IMG/VR virus record: IMGVR_UViG_3300029288_000067 | Span: 96,001-160,000 of that record | DNA length: 64,000 nucleotides | Strand: one strand, 5' to 3' | DNA from: a virus | Taxonomy: Duplodnaviria; Caudoviricetes | Part shown: piece after piece, positions 46,806 through 56,803 of the stretch | Layout of the letters: each line of letters starts with the position of its first letter | How positions within the stretch are numbered: the stretch's first letter is position 1 | Notes under the pieces: generated by a model | Told to the model about the DNA's origin: nothing | Seen by the model: only the letters and a program-made list of their open reading frames with translations | Database searches by the model: none | Translations under genes and position numbers: made by a program

Positions 46806-47176
46806 TACAGAACTCCAGTTATTGTCGTATTTCTTTGCAAAGCATTCAATTGGAAATAAACCTCTTCCAAATCTTCAATTCTTGGATAATTTATTGTGTC
46901 CCCCTCTTTCATATCCAAAGGGGTAATATAATCATTATACAGCATTAAAATATACCAGAAATTGACATCACGATACAAGCGATAAGATAACAAATCCGGG
47001 CGATGCTCTTCCCCCGAAATAGTGGTTGTCCCAAAAACTTCCAATCTTTTAACTTTTGTTGCAAAAAAGGAATCCAAAAGATCATAGACATTTGAAGTCA
47101 TTTGCACAAACTTCTGCAAATCGTAGCGGTCTTTGAAATCCTCTTTATTGAGTAGTGGTAAATTAATAAAAAACAT
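46805..47176 (-). CDS. baseplate wedge protein (gp53/LysM-like)
   Basis: RPDLLSYRLY....WYILMLYN. Confidence 0.8.
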   Translation of the reverse strand: MFFINLPLLNKEDFKDRYDLQKFVQMTSNVYDLLDSFFATKVKRLEVFGTTTISGEEHRPDLLSYRLYRDVNFWYILMLYNDYITPLDMKEGDTINYPRIEDLEEVYFQLNALQRNTTITGVL

Positions 47177-47180
47177 GCAA

Positions 47181-47885
47181 TTACTCTACTGTAGTTGTGA
47201 TGTTAGGTTTCTTAAAAAAGGTCACAATTTCATCGGCAAATAATGCTTTATAAGCTAAGAATGTTACGGAACCTTCTGCATACAAAGGGAGTCCACCACT
47301 GATAATTTCTTTAGAAATGCTGAAATCCACATTTTCAATCAAAAAAAGAGGGGGAGTTTCAAACCATCTCCCAATGCTCAAAGAAATCAATGTTTCCGGC
47401 TTTGTGTCATAATAATTTGGAGCAATCATTGTAAGTCCGGTGCTATCTTTTATTGGATGACAGCACCGCATCAATATCTTTACAGGACCCGTGACATCCA
47501 CATCTCTTTTTGTGGCATAAAAAGCTAATCGGAGAGTAAAAGAGAGTTTCTTGTGATTTTCCCATGTAGAAATTGTAGAATGCACTGTTCGTATTTGTCT
47601 TTGTGCAAAATTGGGGTTTGACCCATAATTTCTTGCTCCCAAGCCAACAGCAATATTCCATGCTTTACTTCCCGCTTCTGCCGCTCCCGCAGCAGGACCA
47701 AAAACAGCAGATCCCGGATCAGTATATCCAGCATGTGCCGAAAAATTAGTATTTTCAACAATTTCAGCCTCAAGAACTCCTCGGGCAGAGCCCAAGGATC
47801 CAGTCATTGCAAATCCGGGTAATCCAATTAAAATTTTGGAGTTGGGATTATTTTTAAGTTCATTCAAAAAAAGATTTACTGGCAT
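47181..47885 (-). CDS. putative tail tube initiator (gp48/gp54-like)
   Basis: Position after the tape measure; W...LSFTL...IGRWF..LI..V...G.P..A.G.VTF pattern. Confidence 0.55.
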   Translation of the reverse strand: MPVNLFLNELKNNPNSKILIGLPGFAMTGSLGSARGVLEAEIVENTNFSAHAGYTDPGSAVFGPAAGAAEAGSKAWNIAVGLGARNYGSNPNFAQRQIRTVHSTISTWENHKKLSFTLRLAFYATKRDVDVTGPVKILMRCCHPIKDSTGLTMIAPNYYDTKPETLISLSIGRWFETPPLFLIENVDFSISKEIISGGLPLYAEGSVTFLAYKALFADEIVTFFKKPNITTTVE

Positions 47886-47894
47886 AATTTTTCC

Positions 47895-50800
47895 TTATCC
47901 CACTTGCGAATCATTGTTACAGGCATTTGCAAGAAACAAATCATAATCTTCAATTTTAAAAGATTCCTTGCTCGACGGTGTAGATCCTTCCGATTGTGCA
48001 ACATTATTATTTGCCGGAGGAATATTCACAGGAGGATTCAAAGCAGGCAAAGGAGCCGCAGTAGGAGCCATTTGTTTTACCGGGGCAGAAGACCCTTTTG
48101 TTTTTTTATTTCCCCACATAGGACTGTAAGAATACTTAGCGGTTTCTCCACCACCTTCCCAAATATCTATATTTCCCCCTGTGAAGCCTTTCAGGGTGTT
48201 TAAAGTTCCACCCATTAATGTTTCAAAATTTTCACCTTTAGAAATTCTATCCGCCATTTGTGGAATACCCAAAGCTTCGGAAGCTTGAGACATCCCTTCA
48301 GACGCAGTATTCATTGCACTCCCCAGCATTCCAGAAAGACCACTTGCCGCACCACCAATACTAGCCATACTTGGCATAGAGTTCATTACTGAACCCATTG
48401 CCCCCCCACCCACCCCCATAGAGGGTGAGGGAATATTCCCCAAATTATGACTTGCAGATCTTTTACCCTTTACTTCCCCAATAGAAAAATGCATCGGATC
48501 TTTTGTCCGTGTAAAATTCATTCCCCAGTCAATTCCATATTTTGCAGCAATTTGCCCAACATTGGCGGGTAAATCTGTTTTTGTAGAACCATTGGGATTA
48601 GAGCTTTCATTTATATCAATAGCGGCACCAAAAGAATGATAGCTTAATTTACTAGGATCATTCACATTTGCTCTATAGTTATATCCCCCCAATTGCTTTA
48701 TTACATATCCCGTTGATTCCAATTCATTGATAAATCCCTGAAAATTTGCAGCATACTTAGAAGAAACACTTACAGTCTTACCACTTTTTGTTCTTATTGT
48801 TGCCAATCCTTCAGGAACACCTCTTGCAGGTTTTCCACCGCTGGTTTTTTTCGTAGGGATAGATGGTGATGGAGCAGAAGAACTTACTGCCGCCGATGTT
48901 CCAGTGCCCGCAGATGCTCCTGCAATTACCCCACCCCCGCCGAATTGATTTGTTAACTTTTGAACATTTTCCGGCCAATATTGATTTAAATTTTTAGGGT
49001 CATTTGCTGCCCCAACAGGAGCATACTTTTTCGCAACACTTTCGATTGTTGTTCTACCCTTTTCAATATAATTATTTTTCAAATTTTTTGCAGTGTATTC
49101 AATACCTTCTTCAATTGTCTTAAACATTTTGAATTCGGTATTGTTTTTTCCCTTACCAGACATTGTTCCAGAGGGATTGTTGTATTTTTTTAATGCTTCG
49201 GATTCTCCCCAACCGGATTCATGAACCAAAATACTTGCCAAAAATGCCGGGTTGATTCCATATTTTTGAGCAACTTTTTCAACAATCCCCCCTTTTCCTA
49301 ACAAAGCGGATTGGGAGTGTTTCTTTTTGTGGAAAAGATTATCGAAATCTTTCTCAAAATCATCACTCAAGACAGATTGTGTGAGTTGATGATCATTGGG
49401 AATTACTTGTCCGGGTTGTCCAAATTTTACAAGCTCCGGACCCTTTTCCCCCACCAACATTGTTTGATTAGCTTCAAATTCTCCTCCGGCTGCAAATCCA
49501 GGTATATTCATGGTTCCTGAAGAATTACTTGGTTCTGGAATAGAAAATGTATCCGAAGACGGGGTTGAAGTTGGCATAGGAATTGGGGCAACAGGACTTC
49601 TTTTTGTTGTTTCTGGATTTACGAAGGGTAATGGATGTTCTTCATTTATTTTTGCTGCAGGTTGAAGGGCATTAATATCATTTTGTTTAAAGCCCCCTTT
49701 ATCCAACAACTTAATTTGTTCGTTGGTATACCCTTTTTCTCTTAGTTCTTTTCTCTTCTCATGCTTTTTCTGTTCAACAAAATACCCAGTACGTTCAACT
49801 TCAGTTTCATTTCCTTCCTGGGTTAAAGCATCTTTTTCCAATCCGGAGGACATGCCCAACAAATCTTTGTATTTGTTGTAAACCACGTATACTTCTGCAG
49901 CCAATAAGGCAAAAGGTGCCGCAGCTTTTGCAATTCCGGCTGCTGCCGTTCCCATAGACGTGATAATGGGTAATGCTGCCCGGGTAAATCTGCCTGCCAT
50001 TGCGGTTAACCCCAAAGCAATAGATAATGCTCCGGAAGAAGCTGCCGCAGTTATTCCTCCGGCACCCATCACCATTGCCCCGGTAATTGCAGCAAAGCCC
50101 ACGGACATCCCTGTTGCTTTCAGGGGATTATCAATGACCCAGTTGAAGCTTTCTTTGAAGTTATCCATCAATTGCTCAATCGATGTTGGAACAATTGCTT
50201 TTATTGTGTTTACAAAATTGATGGTGAGGTCATCTTGAGCTTCCCGCACCATTGCTTCTCGCATGGCCTGAGTTTTTGATGCCTGTGCAATTGCATCCGC
50301 AGAGGACATTTGCCCCGCTTGTACTTTTGCTATTAGATCTCGATTTTTCTTGGAGTACGCTTCATCTGCCTCTGCGTCTCTTTTAGCTCTTTCGATATCA
50401 TTTTTATGGATATCTGCTAATTCATCGTAGATCTCTTTCAATTTTGCTGCAGTAAGACCAACGGTTACCGCCAAACCTCCTATTGTTAAAAGAGTTGGCA
50501 AAGCATTTGTGAGTGCCGTAGTAAAACCAGCAATACCCCCACCCAATCCCAGCATATTTCCGAGACCACCAAGGCTCCCCATCAAAGTAGATAAGAATCC
50601 TTTTTCTTCTTTCTTTTCTTCCGGGGCCTCTTTTTTATCTCGTAGGGAATCTGCAAGATCATCCATATTGAGATCTTGTCTATCCATTTTTTCTTGCAAT
50701 TTTTGACTGTTTCGGTTATCATCTTCTCTTTTCAATTTGGTAAGGTCTATTAATTCCTTTACCCGATTTTCAAGAGATGTAATGGCAGTTGTTGTATCTG

Positions 50801-51362
50801 CCATTTTTTCATTTTCATCTCGGCGATTTGTGAAGAATTTGTGCAACCCCGAGAATGCTTCACCAATAGGACCCATCCCCAACATACCCATTCCAAGAGA
50901 TGTATTCCCACGAAATCTTTCATCCTTCATTCCCCGAAGTTCTCTTTGTTTATCCGCAAGCTCTTTTTCACGATTCTGCAACTGTCTTTCTTTGTAAGAC
51001 AAAGAGGATGTATCTTGCGAAAATTGACGAACAACTGTGGGAGGTCTTACAACCTTTGTTTGTTGTATTGTTGTAAAATCCTTGAACAAAGAAATGAGAG
51101 TCTGCGTATTTCGGGCAATTATTTCCGAATTTTTATTGATCTCTTTGAGGGTTGCATAATTCCGCAACTCAATTCTTTGTCCTTCGGTTGCACCCTTTTT
51201 TTCTTTTTCCGGCTTTTTTTGAAAGGATATAACATCTGTGAGTCTTTTCATCTCTTGTCGAAGATCCGAAAAAATTCGTGAAGAATTATCTTCTCTCTCT
51301 TTTTGGGGAGAAGGTAGGGCAGGAGCCCCTTTTCCAGCAAGAAGAATATCTCTTATACCCAT
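47895..51362 (-). CDS. tape-measure-like protein with lysozyme/glucosaminidase-like and M15 peptidase domains
   Basis: Coiled-coil and G/A-rich hydrophobic segments; FAAGG..VGEKGPEL; KYGINP...HESGWG..NNPSG; SYHSFGAAIDIN..DPMHF. Confidence 0.85.
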   Translation of the reverse strand: MGIRDILLAGKGAPALPSPQKEREDNSSRIFSDLRQEMKRLTDVISFQKKPEKEKKGATEGQRIELRNYATLKEINKNSEIIARNTQTLISLFKDFTTIQQTKVVRPPTVVRQFSQDTSSLSYKERQLQNREKELADKQRELRGMKDERFRGNTSLGMGMLGMGPIGEAFSGLHKFFTNRRDENEKMADTTTAITSLENRVKELIDLTKLKREDDNRNSQKLQEKMDRQDLNMDDLADSLRDKKEAPEEKKEEKGFLSTLMGSLGGLGNMLGLGGGIAGFTTALTNALPTLLTIGGLAVTVGLTAAKLKEIYDELADIHKNDIERAKRDAEADEAYSKKNRDLIAKVQAGQMSSADAIAQASKTQAMREAMVREAQDDLTINFVNTIKAIVPTSIEQLMDNFKESFNWVIDNPLKATGMSVGFAAITGAMVMGAGGITAAASSGALSIALGLTAMAGRFTRAALPIITSMGTAAAGIAKAAAPFALLAAEVYVVYNKYKDLLGMSSGLEKDALTQEGNETEVERTGYFVEQKKHEKRKELREKGYTNEQIKLLDKGGFKQNDINALQPAAKINEEHPLPFVNPETTKRSPVAPIPMPTSTPSSDTFSIPEPSNSSGTMNIPGFAAGGEFEANQTMLVGEKGPELVKFGQPGQVIPNDHQLTQSVLSDDFEKDFDNLFHKKKHSQSALLGKGGIVEKVAQKYGINPAFLASILVHESGWGESEALKKYNNPSGTMSGKGKNNTEFKMFKTIEEGIEYTAKNLKNNYIEKGRTTIESVAKKYAPVGAANDPKNLNQYWPENVQKLTNQFGGGGVIAGASAGTGTSAAVSSSAPSPSIPTKKTSGGKPARGVPEGLATIRTKSGKTVSVSSKYAANFQGFINELESTGYVIKQLGGYNYRANVNDPSKLSYHSFGAAIDINESSNPNGSTKTDLPANVGQIAAKYGIDWGMNFTRTKDPMHFSIGEVKGKRSASHNLGNIPSPSMGVGGGAMGSVMNSMPSMASIGGAASGLSGMLGSAMNTASEGMSQASEALGIPQMADRISKGENFETLMGGTLNTLKGFTGGNIDIWEGGGETAKYSYSPMWGNKKTKGSSAPVKQMAPTAAPLPALNPPVNIPPANNNVAQSEGSTPSSKESFKIEDYDLFLANACNNDSQVG

Positions 51363-51384
51363 ACTTCTGTCTTTTTCAATACAA

Positions 51385-51417
51385 GAATAAAACCGGGGGA
51401 CTATTCCCCCGGTTTTT
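51385..51417 (-). terminator. intrinsic terminator
   Basis: aaaaccggggga/tcccccggtttt stem. Confidence 0.7.
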
Positions 51418-51562
51418 ATCCATTCTGGCTATTTACATACTTGCCGTATTCCGAATTCAAAAAAATGATATCGGCATAATCCATTTTTTCAAGTTCAAGC
51501 GGGCTTATTTTCATTCCTATTACCAAACTGGATCCGATTTTTAACAGGCTCTCTATCTCCAC
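51416..51562 (-). CDS. putative +1-frameshift C-terminal extension of the tail assembly chaperone (or separate small gene)
   Basis: +1 frame opens just before CCT TTT CGT and reads VEIESLLKIGSSLVIGMKISPLELEKMDYADIIFLNSEYGKYVNSQNG*, stopping at the terminator. Confidence 0.6.
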   Translation of the reverse strand: MEIESLLKIGSSLVIGMKISPLELEKMDYADIIFLNSEYGKYVNSQNG

Positions 51563-52400
51563 GAAAAGGCTGCACAATTAAAGATGCATCCCCCAACTCA
51601 ACCAAATTTGTAAAATCACAATGTACATTTTTTTCAATTTCCACACCATCTACAACTTCAACTTCTTTTGCCTCTTTATTCTCACAAAGGAATTTCAAAG
51701 GTTTCAAGCCGTGGAAGAACATATTATCCAATTCATTCAATAGTTCGGAATCTTCTGGATTTGCAGAATACAAAATTTCATGTGCCGCTTTTAAATTATG
51801 AGATCGGCATTGTGCCGCCATAATATACACAGAATCTTTGTCTTTCCCCTCTTTGTACAAGTTGAAATAATCTTCAATTGTAAGTGGAGTAAATGACATT
51901 TCCTGATCTTTTACTACAATATTTGCAGGAAGTTCGGGAATATTCATATAATTGAAATCTAAAGTATCCAGTTTAACATGCGAATTGTTTTCAAATCCAC
52001 ATTTAAGACAAGCATACTTAATGGAGATATCACTAACCCCAACCGAGGAGAGTTTTCTCAAAAGGGCAATAAACAAAAAGTCTTGGTAGGTTAGTTTTTC
52101 TTTTGGCATCCCGGAAACTTTGATACCTTCAAGAATAAACTCATACCGCTGTTTCACAGACAATTTGGATTGAGCAAATTTTTTCAATTCCCCATAGGTA
52201 TAAGGACAATAAGCAATTTCAACACCCTTGGGATAAGGAAGAAAATTGGAAGGAAGATCTTCAACATTAACCAAAGGCAAATATTGTGAATTTTGTCCAG
52301 CATTATGCACTTTTTCTTCGTGATTTACTGGGGTCACATTTCCTGAAGCAACTTGAGAATTCTGTGTAAAAATAGGCTTTCTCGCAACCATGTACAACAC
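51495..52400 (-). CDS. tail/baseplate-hub assembly chaperone (gp26-like)
   Basis: LPS....Y, L...D...I.LLR..S, CxxC; lies between tube and tape measure. Confidence 0.7.
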   Translation of the reverse strand: MLYMVARKPIFTQNSQVASGNVTPVNHEEKVHNAGQNSQYLPLVNVEDLPSNFLPYPKGVEIAYCPYTYGELKKFAQSKLSVKQRYEFILEGIKVSGMPKEKLTYQDFLFIALLRKLSSVGVSDISIKYACLKCGFENNSHVKLDTLDFNYMNIPELPANIVVKDQEMSFTPLTIEDYFNLYKEGKDKDSVYIMAAQCRSHNLKAAHEILYSANPEDSELLNELDNMFFHGLKPLKFLCENKEAKEVEVVDGVEIEKNVHCDFTNLVELGDASLIVQPFRGDREPVKNRIQFGNRNENKPA

Positions 52401-52448
52401 CTCTATTTAAGATTTTTAAACGTATACTACTGAGAAAATATTACTAAA

Positions 52449-52964
52449 TTATCTTCTTTTTGTTGAAATAGGTTCTTTTAAAACTCGCATTCCAACAACA
52501 TTCAAAGATAGCTCCAAACCACGCAAACTATTTTCGGAATTGCTTAATATTCTAAAATTACTATCTGGAACAACCCAATAACGTATTTCTGACAATAGGG
52601 CTCTATCCCGGGTTAATCTTTTAACATCCAATGTTTTGCAACATTCTTCCAAAGGAGTTAATTCAAGACCCTCATTGAATATCAATTTATCCCAATCTCT
52701 TACCCATTTTTCCAAAACATTGTCACAATTATCATAAAATGAAACTGTCATTGTTAGTCTTTGCTTACCTTGTGGGATAGCATACCGAGAAATATAATAT
52801 TCAATGTCTTTACTATAAATAGAAAAAACTGGCTCTTCAACCAATCGGGCCGGAAACCATTGATCAAAAGGATAAGGAGCCCCATGAAAATAAATATCCC
52901 ACAAATAAGTGACAGCAAACCCATCAACAGATCTTAGTTGATTCTGATTTGATAGACCAGCCAT
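52449..52964 (-). CDS. tail-tube-fold protein (second tube paralog)
   Basis: NQLRSV..FA.TY.W start and W..W pattern parallel 53032-53553. Confidence 0.65.
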   Translation of the reverse strand: MAGLSNQNQLRSVDGFAVTYLWDIYFHGAPYPFDQWFPARLVEEPVFSIYSKDIEYYISRYAIPQGKQRLTMTVSFYDNCDNVLEKWVRDWDKLIFNEGLELTPLEECCKTLDVKRLTRDRALLSEIRYWVVPDSNFRILSNSENSLRGLELSLNVVGMRVLKEPISTKRR

Positions 52965-52981
52965 TGTGACACCTTTTGTGG

Positions 52982-53014
52982 AAAATAAAAATCCCCTACG
53001 TTTGTAGGGGATTT
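52982..53014 (-). terminator. intrinsic terminator after the tail tube gene
   Basis: aaatcccctac/gtaggggattt stem with a T-run. Confidence 0.75.
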
Positions 53015-53031
53015 CATGACTTTCTTATTGC

Positions 53032-53553
53032 TTAAGAAGCGGTATCATCAAAGTACTGATACTGCAACTGCATCGTTGGTTGAAACAATGTATTCTCAGA
53101 ATTTACTTCAGGTTGATCGTAACCTGCCAAAAAACAACCATAAATAGTATAGGTCCAAATTGGTTGATCTTGTCGATTTAAGCGAACCAACTTAATAACA
53201 GCTTCTGTTTCGGATTGTTTCTTTGCAACACCTGTAATAGTTTGCCAGCAGGCTTCTCGCCATGCTTTCATCCATGCATTCATTTTACTATCAACACCCT
53301 CAACCAGCTTCAGGGTAAGTGGATTTGGCTCATAAGAATGGATCCCGGATTGAAAAACCTTATGCCCACGAACACTGGTTTCAATAGGAGCATTTTTCAA
53401 TGTAGGAATTGCCATAGAAATAGCCCGAATATCAATTTCTTGTGTCGGAGGAGAAGAAACTCCCGTGGGAATCTTTGTGAGTTGGAAGATCCAGTTGTAT
53501 GTGGTGGCAAAATCTTGAACAGCCCGCATTTGATTAATATTCGGTCGTGGCAT
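53032..53553 (-). CDS. tail tube protein (gp19-like)
   Basis: P....IE..RG.....G, W..W....TG, L.R...PI..Y.IYGCF, YQYF. Confidence 0.85.
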   Translation of the reverse strand: MPRPNINQMRAVQDFATTYNWIFQLTKIPTGVSSPPTQEIDIRAISMAIPTLKNAPIETSVRGHKVFQSGIHSYEPNPLTLKLVEGVDSKMNAWMKAWREACWQTITGVAKKQSETEAVIKLVRLNRQDQPIWTYTIYGCFLAGYDQPEVNSENTLFQPTMQLQYQYFDDTAS

Positions 53554-53639
53554 TATAAAACTCCTGTTGAAGTAAATTACAAAATAAGATGATCAACAGA
53601 AGATTAACTTATGCTGAATTTATAAGAATATTGTACATA

Positions 53640-53671
53640 GAAAAATCCCACCCAAAAATACGGGTGGGATA
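53640..53671 (-). terminator. intrinsic terminator separating replication and tail genes
   Basis: atcccaccc/gggtgggat stem with TTTTT. Confidence 0.7.
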
Positions 53672-53691
53672 TAACTTAAATAAGAGGGTAA

Positions 53692-55236
53692 TTAATCCCT
53701 CTGAAGGATCCTATTGTAATATTCCAACTTGTCAATTTTATCAGTCTGCTTCTTTACCAACAAAGATGTGATGCCCAAACCAAATTTGACAACATTCTGT
53801 TCGATGATATTTTGCGTCATGCTGTTACCTGATTGAGCAAGATAGCTTACAAATTGCACAATACCGGCAGCATTCAGGAAGGATACTTCCCCATCGTCCC
53901 GCTGAGACAGAAATTCCAAAATAACAGCCTTAATAATTTTCCCGGGAATTTTATTTTTCCGCCCAACTTTTTCCACAACATCCACGAAATCTTCTTCCAG
54001 GATATTCCCAAAAGGCATCCCGAGATCTAGGAAGGATTCAGACAATTTTCCGGATTCAATTGCTTTCATGAAGGCAGACAAAAGTTCGAGGAAATTGGAT
54101 TTATCCAAGCCATTTAGGAACTCGGAGAAACAAACCTTAATGGCTCCACCCTTGAACAATTTCTTGAACTGAATCTTATACTTTTCAACCTTTTTTGCAA
54201 AAGATTTCTTACTTTGATCATCCCCATTGATATCCACGAGGGATTTCACATATGACTCCTGCAGGTTTACCAAGAACTCTTCAGGGATGGGTGCCATCAA
54301 GCCATTCTGACAGACCATACGCATCAAGCTCACCGATACTTCGTAGTACCCGAAAAATTTGGAACTTCCTTCGAAGTTTGTGGAAAGCCGCAGAACGGGA
54401 ATATACTCATCTTCAATACCATCGGCACTCGGGATCTTCAGGGAATATTCCGGGCTCTTCAACAAAATCTTGATGCTGTGGTCCCCTTTGGAATTATCCT
54501 TGTTCTCGAATCCAAATTCAATCGAATGCAGCAAAAGTTTTGCTGTAGGAATTTTACTTTGCACAGAAGTCAATAAAACAGGGAGTGCTTTGTGCAGAAG
54601 GGGGACTTGGCTTTCCAAGTCTTTTTTGATTGCCGCCCGGGAACCATCGGCTTGTTTTGCTGACTTCGTTTTTAGGATGGTCATTACAAGGTGGGCAACA
54701 ACCTTTTCATTGTTGTGCTCCAACTCCACCGTTGCATCTTTTTGTACAACAAGACAAACTGCAAGAGGCTTCTTCAAGGTTTCCTGAATCTTGTTCTTCC
54801 AGAATTCAAAATTCACCTGATTGATATCGTAGGGGTTTTTCTTGGAGAATGTATAAGGAATATTCAAAAGCTTTGAAAGTCTCTTGAAGGAAAATGTGGT
54901 AAATTCCCCGACATCGAAGGAGACAAACATAGGTTTATCCCCAACCGTGAAAAGAAAGCCCTTTTCCTGAATCGCAACCAAATTCATTTCTGCAATAGAT
55001 GTGAGGTAGTGAACCTCAAAATTTTCAACTTTTTGCAGCATTGAGAGAATTTCTTGTGTATTCTCTTCTTTCAATTCCGACATAATCTTTACCAGCCCCG
55101 AAGGGACAAACTGCATCTTTGTGCCTCGAACAACAAGGGGACGATCAAAGATGTGGGAATCCTCGTAATAAAACTCGGAGGGCTCCATATCTTTCTCAAT
55201 CTTCACCTTCGAAACCGCTGTCTTAAACATATCCAT
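53692..55236 (-). CDS. hypothetical protein with DUF932-like RxxCxNG motif
   Basis: LMRMVCQNGL. Confidence 0.55.
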   Translation of the reverse strand: MDMFKTAVSKVKIEKDMEPSEFYYEDSHIFDRPLVVRGTKMQFVPSGLVKIMSELKEENTQEILSMLQKVENFEVHYLTSIAEMNLVAIQEKGFLFTVGDKPMFVSFDVGEFTTFSFKRLSKLLNIPYTFSKKNPYDINQVNFEFWKNKIQETLKKPLAVCLVVQKDATVELEHNNEKVVAHLVMTILKTKSAKQADGSRAAIKKDLESQVPLLHKALPVLLTSVQSKIPTAKLLLHSIEFGFENKDNSKGDHSIKILLKSPEYSLKIPSADGIEDEYIPVLRLSTNFEGSSKFFGYYEVSVSLMRMVCQNGLMAPIPEEFLVNLQESYVKSLVDINGDDQSKKSFAKKVEKYKIQFKKLFKGGAIKVCFSEFLNGLDKSNFLELLSAFMKAIESGKLSESFLDLGMPFGNILEEDFVDVVEKVGRKNKIPGKIIKAVILEFLSQRDDGEVSFLNAAGIVQFVSYLAQSGNSMTQNIIEQNVVKFGLGITSLLVKKQTDKIDKLEYYNRILQRD

Positions 55237-55295
55237 ATCTTCTCCTGTATTTTGAGATCTCTATCAAAATAGCACATAAATATGCAAAAAACAAC

Positions 55296-55595
55296 TTATT
55301 TTTGCATGTCCACCTTTGTGACAGTATATACAACATTCATGGCTCTTATTTTTTCTCCACAGTCGGAACACAAACAACATGATCCAATTTCTGGCAATTC
55401 TTTTTGAAAAAATTCTCTCACAGATCCCAAGTGGCATTTTTTATTTGGATCAAAGATGTTTTTAACATTTTCCGAGGAAAATAAATTATTTTCCAATAAA
55501 TAAGAGATTGCCAGCACACATTTGAACTGACAATCGTACAGTTTACGGATTTCAAATAATTGCTTTAATTCGGCTTCGAGCTTTTTTGTGTCCAT
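55296..55595 (-). CDS. hypothetical protein
   Basis: GAGG RBS; operon packing. Confidence 0.65.
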   Translation of the reverse strand: MDTKKLEAELKQLFEIRKLYDCQFKCVLAISYLLENNLFSSENVKNIFDPNKKCHLGSVREFFQKELPEIGSCCLCSDCGEKIRAMNVVYTVTKVDMQK

Positions 55596-55598
55596 CCT

Positions 55599-56375
55599 CT
55601 ATCCTTTGACTTTATCTAATAGTCTATAAAATGGCATGACATGTGGCGTAAATTTCCGGACCAATTTATTCTCCAATACTAATTTACCATCATCCCCTAC
55701 AACGTTGTGTTCCCCATAGTTGTCATCATTATCAATTATACAATCAAAAGCACTATCTGGGGTATTATCTAAGTCTGTTTCCGAATTGTTGTTCTTTGCA
55801 AAAGTCATGTAAGAAATAATACCCTCTTTTGACATTCTTTGCAAACGAGAAGGCAAAGAAGCCTTAATTCTTACACTGAAAGAAAGCAATTGCCCTTGAA
55901 ATTTTTTGTTCAAATCCCCACAGTATTCTAACTCATTTCGATACCGCAAACAAGGGGTAATGATGAATTGATTATCCCTTGTTGCCAACACAGTTTCCAG
56001 GTCTTTCAAATGTTCATCTATCCAAATACGAGGATTTTCAAGACGATACCCATCCCCAATTTGTACCATCAGTTCTCTATATTGAGCCTTGTATTTATAA
56101 TCGGACTTCAAAAGGTGTATATCAATATTCGGATTTATTCTGCAGGTCTCTCGATAGACCCCTTCATTAAAAGACACAATATTGATAGGACTACCGACAT
56201 CAAATTCAGAGGGCATCCCCGAAAATAAACTCTTCAATTCAGTCGTGAATAGTTCTTTTTTTGCATAATTGGCATCTCGATCATCCTTCAAGAATTTACT
56301 CACAAACTTCATTGTTTGGATAAAGGTATCTTTCCCAGACCCCGCTTTTCCATGCAAAAAAAGAACAATATTCAT
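55599..56375 (-). CDS. deoxynucleoside monophosphate kinase-like protein
   Basis: GKAGSGKD, RELM..IG...R, RYxNE, SETDLD; start re-called to ATG 56375. Confidence 0.75.
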   Translation of the reverse strand: MNIVLFLHGKAGSGKDTFIQTMKFVSKFLKDDRDANYAKKELFTTELKSLFSGMPSEFDVGSPINIVSFNEGVYRETCRINPNIDIHLLKSDYKYKAQYRELMVQIGDGYRLENPRIWIDEHLKDLETVLATRDNQFIITPCLRYRNELEYCGDLNKKFQGQLLSFSVRIKASLPSRLQRMSKEGIISYMTFAKNNNSETDLDNTPDSAFDCIIDNDDNYGEHNVVGDDGKLVLENKLVRKFTPHVMPFYRLLDKVKG

Positions 56376-56800
56376 TTTAAGGGATCCAATCTTGAAATAT
56401 TTACACTCATACCTTGTCTCAACATTAGAGGACTTGTACTTAACTTTGACAGACAATACTTTCCTTTGAAATAGTATAAGGCTATAATTGCAATTGGTCT
56501 TGTTTTAGATTTCAGGATACTCTCAACTTCTTCTTGAGGAATAGATATTTGCTTGAAAAGCAAATCCCCTTTATCTGAAACATTACAAGGGATATCTCTT
56601 ATTACTTTTCTCTCTTTTATTTTCGAAATATAGATTTCACTTTGCAGGATCTTTGAGCATAACTCTAAATCTGCCGGGAAAGAAATAACACGCAAACGAA
56701 TTGCCTTCTCTTTATTCCATTCCCGATAAAGATTTTGAACCGCCTTTTCTTTCGCTCTCTTCATTTTTTCTATTAAACAAGAAACAATAAATGGCTCCAT
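56372..56800 (-). CDS. hypothetical protein
   Basis: Operon packing. Confidence 0.6.
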   Translation of the reverse strand: MEPFIVSCLIEKMKRAKEKAVQNLYREWNKEKAIRLRVISFPADLELCSKILQSEIYISKIKERKVIRDIPCNVSDKGDLLFKQISIPQEEVESILKSKTRPIAIIALYYFKGKYCLSKLSTSPLMLRQGMSVNISRLDPLK

Positions 56801-56803
56801 GTA

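Noticed and set aside
42477-53553. Type VI secretion or extracellular contractile injection system (PAAR, spike, tube, baseplate)
   Set aside because: Capsid, scaffold, protease and replication genes are in the same window, indicating a phage
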